Assembly (NCBI GenBank): GCA_951406725.2
Contig: OX597822.1
Coordinates: 46,686,001 to 46,750,000, forward strand
DNA length: 64,000 bases
Reading direction: 5' to 3'
Source of the DNA: Octopus vulgaris
Lineage: Eukaryota
Below are positions 12,285 through 25,377 of the stretch, one piece after another; the first letter of the stretch is position 1; the number at the start of each line of letters is the position of its first letter. The notes beneath the pieces are model-generated. The model had not been told where the DNA came from. It was given only the letters and a program-made list of their open reading frames with translations, and did no database searches. Made by a program: the position numbers and the translations under genes.

Positions 12285-14205
12285 TTTCCTGCACTTTCTG
12301 TATACAGCAGAAAAGTGATATTGAATGGAAGCTTTATGCGTACCACATGTGCACATTCCTCTAAATGAATCAGTGAGGAAGCCTGTTCATGGTTGCTGAT
12401 CTACTGGAAACAACAGCCAAATTTCCCTTAAATCACACCCAATTGACTGCAAGAAAAAGGTCACGTTGGATAATGTAAATCTAAATACATTTTCTGGGGG
12501 GAAAAATAAGGGAAGCTTCTGGTATATCTCATATAAGATATGTAACCTGAAGTGTCTTATGGCTTAAAATATGACTTGGGGGAGCTACAGATTATAACAA
12601 TATATCTTGAGAATGTCATAGATTAAGATGTGAAATTCAGTGCTTGGAGGTGCCATGTAAATCCAGGAGGATTGTTGTTATCATCACCATTTTTAATGCC
12701 CTCTTTTCAACTCTTGCATGGGGAAAATGGAGTCTATTAAAGCAGATTTTCTACAGCTGGATACGTTTTCTGTCACCAACCACAGACTTGTTTCCAAGTA
12801 AAGTAATATTTTCCCTTGGTCAGACATGTTTAAGCAAAATATCGAAAGTAATGAATAACACTGCATGTATGACGGTGATACTCATTTACAACTGTCACAT
12901 GATGTTAAGACAAGGACACACGCACACAGATACATATATCTATACCTCTCTGTATGTGTGTGTGTGTGTAATGAGTTTTTCATCACTTTTTATCTACGAA
13001 ATCCATTCACAAGGTTTTGTGGTTGACCCAGGACTATAATAGATAACACTTGCCCAAGGTGCCACACAGTGGCACTGAACCCAAAACTATGTGGTTAGGA
13101 AGCAAACTTCTTAACCACATGACTAGGGTATCATGTAGATGTGATTTGGGAATGCAGCAGGTGAAGATATGTGTATTGGGGTATCACATGCTTGAGTACT
13201 TTCCTCTTATCAGCAGCCAACTTTTATATTTACTGAAGGATTAGTAAATAAACTGATACATTCTTGAAACGGATGTAATAGTTGATCTGTGAACTTTCAG
13301 AATAGCTGTCATTATATGGAGAAGTGAAAGGGCAAAGAATAGGTTGATTGTTCCCTTTTGTGAAAAATCCTTTTTTGTTCAAAAGGAATTCCAACCATGT
13401 TTTGTAGTTTGCTACCTCAGCAGCTCCTTTATAGGATCCAGTGGGTAAAAACATCATTAGGAGGAACCACGTTTGGTTTTGGCCCCAACACCTCTACCAG
13501 TTTCGATGTGGCAGGCCCCATCCTTTCGGAGGTGTCTTCAGCTCTGGTATTGAGTGTGTTTCTTCTTTCTCTTTTTTCTTTTGTTCTTCGGTGTCCACTT
13601 AATTTTTGGCTTCTTCACACCTGTCTCTTTTCTTGGCTGTTTCAATTCAACTGTGGAATGACCCTCGCTATGGTTTCTTTCCAGGAGGTTCTAGCCACAC
13701 AACTTCTGGTTTTACAACCCACGCTGTTGAATCACTTTCTTCTGACACTTTAATGTTTTTACATTTTTGCTCTCCTCTTTCATTAATCTATAAAAATTTG
13801 GCTGTTGATAGAAAGACTCATATTTGATGTATGATTCTAGTTGTCAGATATTAATTACGTGATTTCAGTTGTCAAAAATTAAGCTATATCTTGTGTTGTC
13901 AGAAACTACATTATGTAAGTTGGTTTTTGTCAAAAGATTAACTATGACTAGAGGGTGATAGAGATTAAGTTACTTTATTTTTGGTTTCAAGGATTAAGAA
14001 GTATAAGACTTGGTAAAGTTGCATATTTAAAATATATGGCATGAGGGGCATCATAGATTATCTCTTTCTTATTCAGTTCTCTGTCTATGTTTTTAAATCA
14101 ATTTTTAGAATAAATAATTTGGAGAAATTTGTTTAGATAACTTTCAGTTGAGAGATTTTTGCATTTTTTATCTTGCAAGGTACTTGGTGACCCTGTCAAT
14201 GAATT

Positions 14206-14440
14206 GTGCCATGAAAAAGCACTGCTGCCTGCCAGTGCCATGAAAAAGCACTGCTGCCGGTGCCAACAAAAAAGCACTGCTGTCGGTGCCACAAAATAGC
14301 ACTGCTGTCGGTGTCACAAAAAAGCACTACTGCAGGTGCTACAAAAACGCACTGCTGCCAGTGCCACAAAAAAGCACTGCTGCTGGTGCCACAAAAAAGC
14401 ACTGCTGCCGGTGCCACGAAAAAGCACTGCTGCCGGTACC
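14206..14440 (+). repeat. 25-bp minisatellite (~9 copies, AAAAAAGCACTGCTGCCGGTGCCAC) in front of an RTE-type 3' end
   Basis: Directly visible tandem units, followed by CATCCAGTACACTCTG...GGAAAACAGACATTAAATGATGATG. Confidence 0.85.
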
Positions 14441-16496
14441 ATTTAAAGAACATCCAGTACACTCTGTAAAGTTGTTGGCACTAGAAAGAGCATCCAGCCA
14501 TAAAAACAATGCCAAAACAGGCAATGGAACATGATATGACTCCTGGAATTGCCAGCTCCTGTCAAACCATCCAACCCATGCCGGCATGGAAAACAGACAT
14601 TAAATGATGATGATGATGTTTATAAGTTAATTTATCTAAAAGTTTCTTACATAAAATTATAATGGAAAATTTTAATTTAGATAAGAGGTATGGGCATAGC
14701 TGTGTGGCTAAGAAGTTTGTTTCACATTCACTTAGTCTAGGATTCCATCTCTTGAGTAAGCATCTTCTATAGTCCCTGGACAAATAACACCATCTGAGGG
14801 AATTTGGTTGACAGAGATTGCAGGAAGCCCATCATGTGTGTGTGTGGGTGTGTATGAATGTTTTGCTATTCCTTGCTACTCAGTGCTTTTGAAGTGCTGT
14901 GGAATGATTTCCTTACTTGGAAAACTGTTATGAATTGGAAACAGGAAGTGTGTTGTTTACATGCTAGCATGGAAACAATGATAAATAAAGGAAAGGAGTG
15001 GTTGTTTTATTTTATTAAAACAGATGGTGTCAAGCAATTTAGTATCAGAATGTTTAAAAGACATAACTTGAGACATCTGTAAACATGTATGACTTGGCAC
15101 TGTTGTTCTTTATTAGCCCTTTAACATTTAAGCAGGCCATATCCAGCCCAAATTTTCTACCTGTTTCATGTCCAAACCAGCTAGACTTGGCTTCTCACAC
15201 CTACTCTACAATGTGATGCTAAAAATAAACCATCGGATCTTCGAAACCTCAATGTTACAAGATAATGCATGATTAATTGAAACTAATGTGAATAAAAAGG
15301 CATGCATTTGACTGAGTAATCTGAATGCTTAAAGATAAAGACTGAGATGCTCTGATGATAATATATGACTTTGAGTGCGTTATATATAATGCCTCACAGA
15401 AGCAATGACAAATGACCGAGACCTTTGGCATTATGTTGTGCTTGAGTAGAAGATCCAGTCGTGTCAGATACTAGTGTCATGCAAATGGCACCCATAAGCA
15501 TCCATTACACTCTTGCAGTGGTTGGCATTAGGAAGGGCATCCAGCTGTAGAAACCATGCCAAATCAGACTGCAGTCTGGTGTAGCTTGCCAGCCCTGGTC
15601 AAACCGTCCAACCCATGCCAGCATGGACAGCAGATGTTAAATGATGATGGTGATGTCTCTGTAATGTTGAGGTTTTCCATTAGACTATCTGATATGCCAG
15701 TTTTTCCACTATGCCAATATCAAGTAGGTGAAGGCACATGGCCCAGTGGTTAGTGGGTTGCACTCACAGTCACAAGATCATGGTTTCAATCTTTGGACCA
15801 GGCATTGCATTGCGTTCATGAGCAAAGCACTTCATTTTATGTTGCTCCAGACCACTCCACCATAAATGAATAACCCTGCCACAGACTGGCATTCCATTCA
15901 CAGAGTATGTTGTGGTTTCAGTCACTCACACACCATGGAAACTGAGTCTCTGGCCCTATGAGTCTTAGAACTTGAAACACTCACTTGAAAGGAACTCAGC
16001 CTATATATATATATATATGGTTTGTGTGTGTATAGTGTGTGTCTATATATATGTGTATGTATATATGTGTGTGCGTACAACCTTCAACAAAGTAACAGTC
16101 ATGTATACAACTTGAACACACACATATCAGTACATCAACATACATTCACATGTACATACACATGTGCACACACACAGACACGTCTACACACTTGCCTAGG
16201 TGCTCATGTGCATGCATAAGTACATACATACATACATGCGTATAGGCATGCACACATATGCATACGCACATACATGTACACACATACATACATGCATATC
16301 ATGAAATTTTATCAGTGAACAGGTTGTGATCTCAAAGTGACGAAAATATTTTGGCAAATTAAATTTAAATGTTGAAGTGAATCTAATGGTTTTTGTGTGT
16401 TTCTTAAATGGCTTATAAATACCTTCCACACTGCAATTGTTTTCATTCCAGCACACAATCTCAGATTAGGTAACTTGCTATGCAAGTACATCTCCG

Positions 16497-16555
<59 letters not shown>

Positions 16556-17682
16556 TATATATTTATATATATTATAATATTATATATTCTTTTATGCCAT
16601 ACAGCATGGGTATAGATATGGCTGTGTGGTTAAGAAGATAATTTCACAATCATATGGTTTGGGGTTCAGTTCTACTGCATATCATCTCGAGCAAACTCTG
16701 GGCCAACCAATGCCTTGTGAGTAGATTTGGCAGACAAGCCCATGACACACATTCACACGTCTGTATATTTGTGTGTGTATTTCTTTGTCTTCACATTGCA
16801 TGTTAATAGTAAGCAAACATTGCCTTCAAACAGTCTTTTGTGTTTGCACTCTTCTGCAGAAATGTGCGCTGCCTTTGTGTTCAGAAGACTAAGGCATATA
16901 ATACTTTGTTTGGAAACCGGTGCCAGTAGGTAACAGGATGTGCATCAGGTTGAGAAAAATCTACCTCAAAGAATTTTGTCTGACCCTTGAGAACATGGAA
17001 ATGTGGATGTTAAAATGATAGTAATGATGGCATTATCATCATCTCCATTGTTTTTCCACTAGACAAAATATTTTCGTGTGGTGTGATTTATTTAGAATTT
17101 TCTCCCTGTCAACTGCAGATTTTAAGGTACCTGATATCACAACGGCTAGCATTTTATTATTTGTAATGTGAACCTACAATTCTGGTGACAAACTTGAAAT
17201 ATGTTATTTAGAATCACACTGAGATTTCAGGAAATATTCCTGTATGAAGAGATACTTTCAGATACCTTATTTTGGCAGTGGTTGCCAAGAAAAGAATTTT
17301 TGTCAGACATCAGTGTAAGAATTGGAGTCATAAGACAACCCGCTTTGGGAAAAATAAGTATTATTTGCATAGTATTGGATGCTATTGTTGTAACTTCACA
17401 CTGTACTGACATTGTTATTCTACAAAGTGTGCTGACATCACTACTCCAGAGAGTACCGGCATTCTACAGAGTACCAGTATTGCTACTCTACAGAGTACCA
17501 GCACTGCTACACCACAGACTACTGACATTGCTGCTCCATGTAGAATGCAGACACCCCTTATCTTTATTTCTCTACTTTGCTATGTGATATCACTCATACT
17601 CCACTAGATCATGTAGATATTTCATTAGTTTTTGCATAGTATTATATATTGTAATCTATATTTTCTTTCTTCCATTTACTAG

Positions 17683-17844
17683 GGGCCAGATCAAGCTTGC
17701 TGATTTTGGCTTAGCTCGCTATTACGAGCCTGAAGACAGAGATAGATTATACACCAACAAGGTCATTACACTGTGGTACCGTCCACCTGAACTGTTGCTG
17801 GGAGAAGAGCGTTATGGGCCAGCCATCGACGTCTGGAGTTGTGG
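17683..17844 (+). CDS. CDK12: CDK12/13 exon: DFG motif and activation segment
   Basis: TACTAG acceptor, GG|GTAAGT donor. Translation [55 protein letters not shown]. Not present in the supplied ORF track. Confidence 0.98.
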
Positions 17845-19205
17845 GTAAGTTGTTGTTTAGTCCTGGTCGGCTGAAATCTGGCAGACATATGATTAAAGAC
17901 AGTCTAGCCAGGATCATCATGTCTTTCATTCAGACTGCTTTATACAATATATTCTTCCTTTTTAAAAGATAGCTATATGATTTGAGAGTGGGTTGGCTGC
18001 TATTTTTCGCAGGAACAAATGGTCATTTCGTGAACTGGCTCCCAGCCTTTTGTAGCTTAGTTTCCCACACATAAACACTCACACCAAATACGGTTTTATA
18101 AGCACCTCCTTTGCATGTTTTACAAAAAGAAAGAAATCCATATATTTATTATATATAAATAGAAAGTAATTTTATGCAGTGATTTATTGATGGTATAAGA
18201 TGAAATTTAACAAGGGTCCATTGTGAAGGTTCTTAGAGTCTCTTCATATTTACAGTTTGTTAGTATCCATGAGAGGAGTGATTCCTGAAAATTTCAGCTC
18301 CATAGCTAATACCAGTCAGATTTTATGTACATTATAGTCATCAATGATGAGCAAGTATGACTTGGTCATGTATACTATATTCACTCTCAGTAGAGCATAG
18401 CCTGTCGACAACATTTCCTTACTTTTCTAAACTCTGGGCTGTCTTTGCCTTTCCCCAGTCCTGTTGGTTTTGAATTGTCACCTCAATGCTTCTGTAACTT
18501 TGCTTTTTCTCGTTTGGGATGTTGGCCCTATGCAAACTCATTTTTACCTCTGGTCCATATAAGTCTGGCTTCTATCCTTTGAACTGTCCAGCATGAGAGG
18601 CCCTTCCAGGAGCTTGTGCTCTGCCAGCATAGCTCTTTGGATCATTGAGGCACCCAAGCTACCACACTGCAACAAGGACTGGACCTTGTGGTGAAATGTG
18701 TATTATCGTCATCATTTAATATCCATTTTCCATGCTGGCATGAGTTTATTGGTTTGAAAGGAGCTGGCAAGGCCAGGAACTGCACTAGCTTCCATTGTCT
18801 GTTTTGGCATAGTTTCTACAGCTTGATGCCCTTATTAACACCAGCAACTTTACAAAGTGCTCTTGTTGCTTTCTACATGGCACCAGCACCAGTGCTTTTT
18901 ACTTGGCACCACCGCCAGTGTTTTTGTTTTACATGGCACCATCACCAGGTACTGATATAGTCACAAACACTCACTCAGGGTGCTTTTTATGTGCCACAGG
19001 CACGGGAGCCAGTCAGGTAGCACTGGCAGTTTTTTCTTTTAAGACTTAGCTGCTATGTCTAGTTGGTTGAAGAACCATGTAAGGCTCCTTCAGTAGCTTG
19101 TCTTGTGTGAATTTGCATATTGTCTGTCTGTGATATAGTCTTCCACAGAAGATTGTATATAATTTTCATATTGTGTAACCTTTTATATATGTTGTGTGGG
19201 CTCTG

Positions 19206-19253
<48 letters not shown>

Positions 19254-19370
19254 TTGTATATAATCTTCCTGTTGTGTAATCTTATATAAAAACTTTGCTT
19301 GGTTTTTATTTTATCGTATTATTTATTTATCTGTTTAATATTGTTTTAATTATTTTCTGTCCTTAAACAG

Positions 19371-19565
19371 CTGCATTCTTGGGGAATTGTTCACTAAGAA
19401 ACCCATCTTTCAAGCCAGCCAGGAAATAACTCAGCTTGAACTGATCAGTCGTACATGTGGATGTGCTTGTCCAGCTGTGTGGCCAGATGTCATAAAGCTG
19501 CCACTCTTCCATTCCATGAAACCAAAGAAACAGTATCGTCGACGATTACGAGAAGAATTTTCCTT
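19371..19565 (+). CDS. CDK12: CDK12/13 exon: kinase C-lobe
   Basis: AAACAG acceptor, TT|GTGAGT donor. Translation [64 protein letters not shown]. Confidence 0.98.
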
Positions 19566-19796
19566 GTGAGTAGCTCTGAGAAACATTTGGCAATGTGTGT
19601 GATAACATATTGATCTGACCTGCTAAAACAACTGGAGTGATAAATCCTTTGTAAAGTATCAGTTAAGTTAGATCCTGGAATTGCTGATGTTGTTGTGGAG
19701 CCAAAAACCAGCCCTGATAAAACAGATCTAAGATTAAAGCCATTCCAGCTATGTATTATGTCAAGAACTACATTGTCTGTGTCACTTTTTTTTTTT

Positions 19797-20327
19797 TTAA
19801 CCCATTAGCATTTGAAGTAACCATATAAGTGAACCATCCGAACGTGGCTGTTGCCAGCGCCGCCTCGACAGGCCTCCGTGCCGGTGGCACGTAAAAAGCA
19901 CCATCCGATCGTGGCCGTTGCCAGCCTCGCCTGGCACCTATGCCAGTGGCACGTAAAAAGCACCCACTACACTCACGGAGTGGTTGGTGTTAGGAAGGGC
20001 ATCCAGCCGTAGAAACATTGCCAGATCAGACTGGGCCTGGTGCAGCCTTCTGGCTTCCCAGACCCCAGTTGAACCGTCCAACCCATGCTAGCATGGAAAG
20101 CGGACGCTAAATGATGATGATGATGATGATATCTGGCTCAAACCATCTGTTTTATGTTCAAACTGACCAGATCTGGCCTCCCCCACCTACTCTACAATGT
20201 CATTCTAAAAACACACAACCACATTGTCAAAGTATTAAAGCTATGTGATAATGCAAGATTAAATTTGAAACAATGCTAGTAAATATGCATTGTATTTGAC
20301 AGAGTAATCTGAATGCTCATGGGTTAA
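19797..20327. mobile_element. piggyBac-like MITE interrupted by an RTE-type 3' fragment
   Basis: TTAACCCATTAGCATT...AATGCTCATGGGTTAA termini. An uninterrupted copy lies at 56184-56395, others at ~15113-15335 and ~38160-38355. Confidence 0.65.
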
Positions 20328-21360
20328 ATGTGAGATTGAGTTTTGGTTATGGTTTCTAGCAAATCAAATGAGTGCATAGAGCAGGCATGGGCAACCTCTT
20401 TTGAGAAGTGGGCCACATGAGACATGGCTCATCATCAGAGGGGCTGCACCACTAAAAAAAATTCAAGGTAATTTTTCATTGGCATACCGTTTTGCAAGTC
20501 CCATGGGTCACAGTTTGCCTGTGACTATCAGTGAAACTTCTCATTACCTTGTATATTCTGAAGGAAGTAAGTGTGTTGTATCATGGACTCTAGCTTTATA
20601 TCAATGGTAAATACACTTGTAATTAGCCAGCATCTTATCAAGGAGATGCCGAGAATTACAGTTTTTAAAACTGATTATGTATCTTATGTTTTAATGCTCT
20701 AATGAAGCATGCCCATACCAAGACAGTTGTCTCTTCTGCTCATATTGCATGTCCATATTAAAATAGCTGTCTCTCCTGTATACCAGGACATTTGTCTCTC
20801 AGCACACATTATGTGCCCAAACCGAAAGTGCTATCTTTTCTGCATGCATTACATGTCTGGAATTGAACCATGCATCTCTTTCATATCATGAATAGATTTA
20901 GTCAGGGCTGAGTTTGCTTTACAAAGATATAATTTCGGGTTCAGTCCCACTACATGGCACAATGGGCAAGTGTCTTCTACTATAGTCCTGTGAGTGGATT
21001 TGGTAGATGGAAGTTGAAGTAAGTTGATTGTGTGTGTTAGTGTCTCTTTGACATGCCATCACTTGTTTATTATAAATAAGTGTTACCTTCCTACAAATGG
21101 TTTCATTTGCAATCTTCTGAGAAATCAATGTCTAGCCATTGTATTGCTGGTGTTCAAAGGGCTGTGAGGAAATATTACCTTAACAGGAAACAAAAATTAG
21201 TTACTGGAAGAGCATCCAGCCATAGAAAATTTGCCTCAACAAATTTCATTTGACTTAGCTTAGCATAGAAAAATGGATGTTATGTTGAGTATGATGATGA
21301 TGATGATGATAACCCATATACATGGACAGTTGTTTGACTAAGCATCTTTTCTATTTTCAG

Positions 21361-21492
21361 TATTCCCAAGCCAGCTCTAGACCTGCTTGATCGTATGTTA
21401 GAACTTGATCCAAGTCGGCGATGCAGTGCTGAACAAGCTTTAAATTGTGCTTGGCTCAGAGATGTTGATCCTGCTAAAATCACACCACCTGA
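21361..21492 (+). CDS. CDK12: CDK12/13 exon: end of the kinase domain
   Basis: TTTCAG acceptor, GA|GTATGA donor. Translation [44 protein letters not shown]. Confidence 0.96.
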
Positions 21493-22589
21493 GTATGATG
21501 GGTTTTCTTATTCTTTTTATACTTATCCCTGCTGTTTCTATTTCCATTCATTGTTGTTGTACATTGTACTATGTTATTATATAAGTTCACATCCCACTAG
21601 AGTCCAGCTTCCATTTCATTTCTTCAGTTTTGGTTCAATCAATGTACCTCCACTTTTGAAATATGTGACCTTGTGCCAATGTTAGAAATCCTCATTAGTA
21701 TTTATTCTTATCATTGCTACTGATAATCCTTTCTAATTTGGGCACAAAGCCAGCAATTTTGATAGAAGGGGCTAAGTCAATTGCATCAACCCCAGTGCTT
21801 AACTGGTATTTATTTCATCGACCTCAAAAGGATGAAAGGCAAAGTTGATATCGGAGAGATTTGAACTCAGAATGTAAAGAGGACCAGAAGAAATTCCACT
21901 CAGTAGTTTATTTGATGTGCTAACAATTCTGCCAGCTTACCACCTCAGCAGCAGCAGTAGTAGTAGTAAGGAAATAACTACATGTGCTGAAGCTACATAA
22001 AATGCACCTGTGCTGGTGCTATGTAAAAAGCACCCAGTACATTTTGTGAAGTGGTTGGCATTAAGAAGAGCAGCCAGCCCTAGAAATCATGCCAAAACAG
22101 ACAATTGGAGCCTGGTGCAGCTCTCCAGCTTGCCAGCTCCTGTCAAACTGTCCAACCTATACCAGCATGGAAAATGGAGGTCAAATGACGATGAATAAGG
22201 GAGAAGAAAAAGTTTGCTAATGATTTCATGAATGATGTCCAAGCTGTGAACAGCCTGAGGGAAATGTGTCAACTGTTGTTTCAAAGAAAGTAAAATTAAG
22301 GGCTAAGAAAAAAAGCACATAAACAGTTGGCTAGTTGGAAGCAGGAATCTCAGCATGGCAAGTATGTGGCTTGTAGCAAACAATCTGATGTTGACCAAAA
22401 GCACACCCATCTGTAGCTATGAAACTCAGGGCTAAAGGCAGAGGGCAAGGGCTTCTTATTAACCCTCCGACTGCAAAATTAAGTTTCATGATTATTCCAG
22501 TAATTATGTTAAATGTTCGCCAACAAATAGAATTGGTATTTTCTGCAAGCCTCAATAAACTTGACATATCTCAACCAGACATTCCACAA

Positions 22590-23119
22590 TACAGTTCTAT
22601 ATTTAAGAGATGAGGAATTTTGTACATTATTTACATTTGATGGATATTTGTCCTCATCTTGTTTGTTGTTAACACAACTTTTCGGCTGATATACCCTCCA
22701 GCCTTCATCAGGTGTCTTGGGGAAATTTCGAACCTGGATTCTCATTCCTAAGGTATATTTCAATGTAATTATTATTATTATTATAAGCCCTAAAATTCAC
22801 TCTATAATTGCCCATGGGCATATGTCGTAGTGGTTCAGAACGTGGGCTACTAACCCCAAAATTCCAAGTTCGATTCCAGGCTGTGACCTAAATAATAATA
22901 ATTACTTTATTTATATTTCACGGATAACACAACGTTTCGGCTGGTATACCCTCCAGCCTTCATCAGGTGTCTTAGGGGAAATTTCGAACCTGGGTTCTCA
23001 TTCTTACGGTATTTTCCCCAAAACACCTGATGAAGGCTGGAGGGTATATCAGCTGAAACATATTAACAACAAACAAGATAATGACAAATATCTGTCAAAT
23101 TTAAATAATGTAAATAATA
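22590..23119. mobile_element. Palindromic tRNA-headed, hammerhead-bearing element (composite of three arms), 11-bp TSD ACATTCCACAA
   Basis: Minus-strand tail 22590-22785, plus-strand tRNA-like head ~22817-22890, hammerhead motifs at 22671-22716(-), 22926-22971(-) and ~23022-23060(+). TSD at 22579-22589 / 23120-23130. Confidence 0.8.
22926..22971 (-). ncRNA. Intact-looking type I minimal hammerhead ribozyme motif
   Basis: Minus strand GACAC-CUGAUGA-A-GGCUGG AGGGUAUA CCAGCC-GAAAC-GUU-GUGUU: stem I GACAC/GUGUU, 6-bp stem II, palindromic AACGUU stem III (dimer type). Confidence 0.7.
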
Positions 23120-23158
23120 ACATTCCACAACAAAAGATAGATTGGTATATAAAACTGC

Positions 23159-24434
23159 GGATCTTTTCCTTTTGATAGACAGAATTCGACACAATTTCTA
23201 GTTAACTAAACAATTTGAAACTTTGTATACTGGTAGAATGTGTCAAAAGAAAACATTATTTTCACTTGGCTTTTTTGATAAATTTGTAATTCGTTTGTTT
23301 AACGTAGTTTAATTTTTCGAATTTTAACCAATCGTATGCTCTCTTTTGAGCTGAATTCATTTGCTGCGTTATCTATATTGATAAACAAACGAGGAGGGTT
23401 GTGTTGGCATGTGCTAGAATTAACAGCCATATCTCTTAAATCGATGAATTTCGTTGCCCAATATAAATATTAACGATATTTTTTTAATATTTTCTTTTTT
23501 TTTTTTTTTTTACCAAAAGGCTTCTCCCATGGTTTTGAAGGGCCAAAAACAACAAAAACAAAACAATAATATGCCTAAATCGGTCTAGAGTGGGATATGA
23601 GGGTATGCTTGGAGTGTGGGTCGTATTGTAAAAATTTGCGAAATATTTTTCATAAAAGGATGCCCCAGCTTGTCAGAGGCTATAATATAAATTGGGGGGA
23701 AAATCCTCGACACCAGTGCGTAATTGGTACTTAATTTATCGACCCCGAAACGATGAAACATTGATCCCCCATTTCTGGTTTATTTACCTTTTGTGTAAAT
23801 TTGTTCTGGCAAGGGGCTCTATCGACACCAGTGCGTGCGTACGTAACTGGTACTTAATTTATCCCTAAGCCTAACCTCTAACCCTAACCCTATCTCGTGA
23901 CAGCCTTCCGGCATCGGTCACTAGCTTAAGGATAAATTAAGTACCAGTTACGTATTGGGGCCGGTCTAAACAACGGCAGTAATTCGTTATCGATATTAAT
24001 AAATAAACGTGAATTTACTAATAATCGTAAAGAAGAAATTTACTACTAAATATATAAACATGTGTGCACGCACACATGTATGTATAACATTTATGTGTGC
24101 ACGCACACATGTATGTATAACATTTATGTGTGCGGATGACTAAAGAGCGAGACAGACAGAAGAGAGAAGGATGAATAACACGTGTGTGTGCGCGCTGTTT
24201 ACGTAACAGTAAACAGTTTTTAGACACAGCAAATGATTTCAGCTCAAAAGAGAGCATACGATTGGTTAAAATTCGAAAAATTAAACTACGTTAAACAAAC
24301 GAATTACAAATTTATCAAAAAAGCCAAGTGAAAATAATGTTTTCTTTTGACACATTCTACCAGTATACGAAGTTTCAAATTGTTTAGTTAACTAGAAATT
24401 GTGTTGAATTCTGTCTATCAAAAGGAAAAGATCC
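23159..24434. mobile_element. Non-autonomous DNA transposon with 208-bp TIRs and 8-bp TSD (Merlin- or MULE-like)
   Basis: TIRs 23159-23366 / 24227-24434 are nearly identical and start GGATCTTTTCC. TSD AAAACTGC at 23151-23158 and 24435-24442. No transposase ORF inside. Confidence 0.9.
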
Positions 24435-25377
24435 AAAACTGCTTTGTCTAGTTAAGGGTAATGAAATTTAGAGTCAATATATCTGATTTTTTTCAGTGAA
24501 TTGTTGGTGTTGAATCAAATTGGAGAGCATAGGCTAAGAATCACCTGACCATATAAGTCCAGCGGTTATATATATTGTTGGTATTCAGTTACTTAAGATG
24601 TTTACTTAAAAAAAGAGGCAAGGGGATGGCTGTATGTTAAGAGGTTCACTTTGGAACCACCTGATTTTGAGGTCAATCCGACCTTGCAGAATCTTGGGCT
24701 TGTGTCTTCTTCAATAGCCTCAGGCCAGCCAATGACTTGTGAGTGAATCTGATAGACAGAAACTGTGTGGAAGCCCATCGTGTGTGTTTGTGTTTATCCT
24801 CCCACCTCTGCATGACATTTGGTGTTAGTTTGCTTATGTCCTGGTAACTTAGTGGTTCAGCAAAAGAGACTGATAGAATAAGTAACATACTTAAAAGCTT
24901 GGCTACTGAAGCCGATTTCTTTCCCTGAACATTTCAAGGCAGGGCCCCAGCATGGCCACAGTCCAATGATTGAAACAAGTATAAGACGAACAATAAAAAG
25001 AGAGACAGCGATGACTATTAAGAATAAATGATATACAGAGGGTAAAGAAGAAGATATGGGTGAGGGTAAAATTAAAGGTAGTTGTGCCAACTTCACTGAT
25101 ATGAGCTTCTTTTGATTTTTGAAATAAAATCAAAAGAGTTTTGGATGAATTTACTAAAACCACTAATTATATTAATTGTTAAGCTGATGTTGGAAACATG
25201 CCTTAAAAGATTCTTACATAAAATGATAGCAGAAGCTTTTAATTTAAATGTGGACATTTTCAAGTAAAAGCTTTTGTATCAGAGAACCAGCTTGGTTGGT
25301 ATTACTTGAATTAAACAAGTGTTAAATCTGTGGTGATAGTGGTGGTAGTTTTCGGCTGTTCAGATAAAAATTTTGTG

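Noticed and set aside
13795-14020. Degenerate ~30-bp periodicity (also ~620-1130, ~17400-17545, ~31690-31900)
   Set aside because: These look like old decayed minisatellites with no coding or structural signal I can support.
14206-14440. CRISPR-like regular repeats and the overlapping Cys/His-rich ORFs
   Set aside because: Contiguous tandem units without unique spacers, eukaryotic intron context and no cas genes; the ORFs are translations of the minisatellite.
19355-19370. TCCTTAAAC resembling a U12 branch site
   Set aside because: It abuts the AG, and the intron's donor is GTAAGT (U2-type), not GTATCCTT.
21493-21685. Read-through of the kinase-end exon as a truncated isoform
   Set aside because: The open frame in this T-rich intron has no recognisable homology and cannot be supported without transcripts.
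23862-23892. Interstitial telomere or chromosome fusion scar
   Set aside because: Only a few degenerate CCCTAA units, internal to a TIR element.
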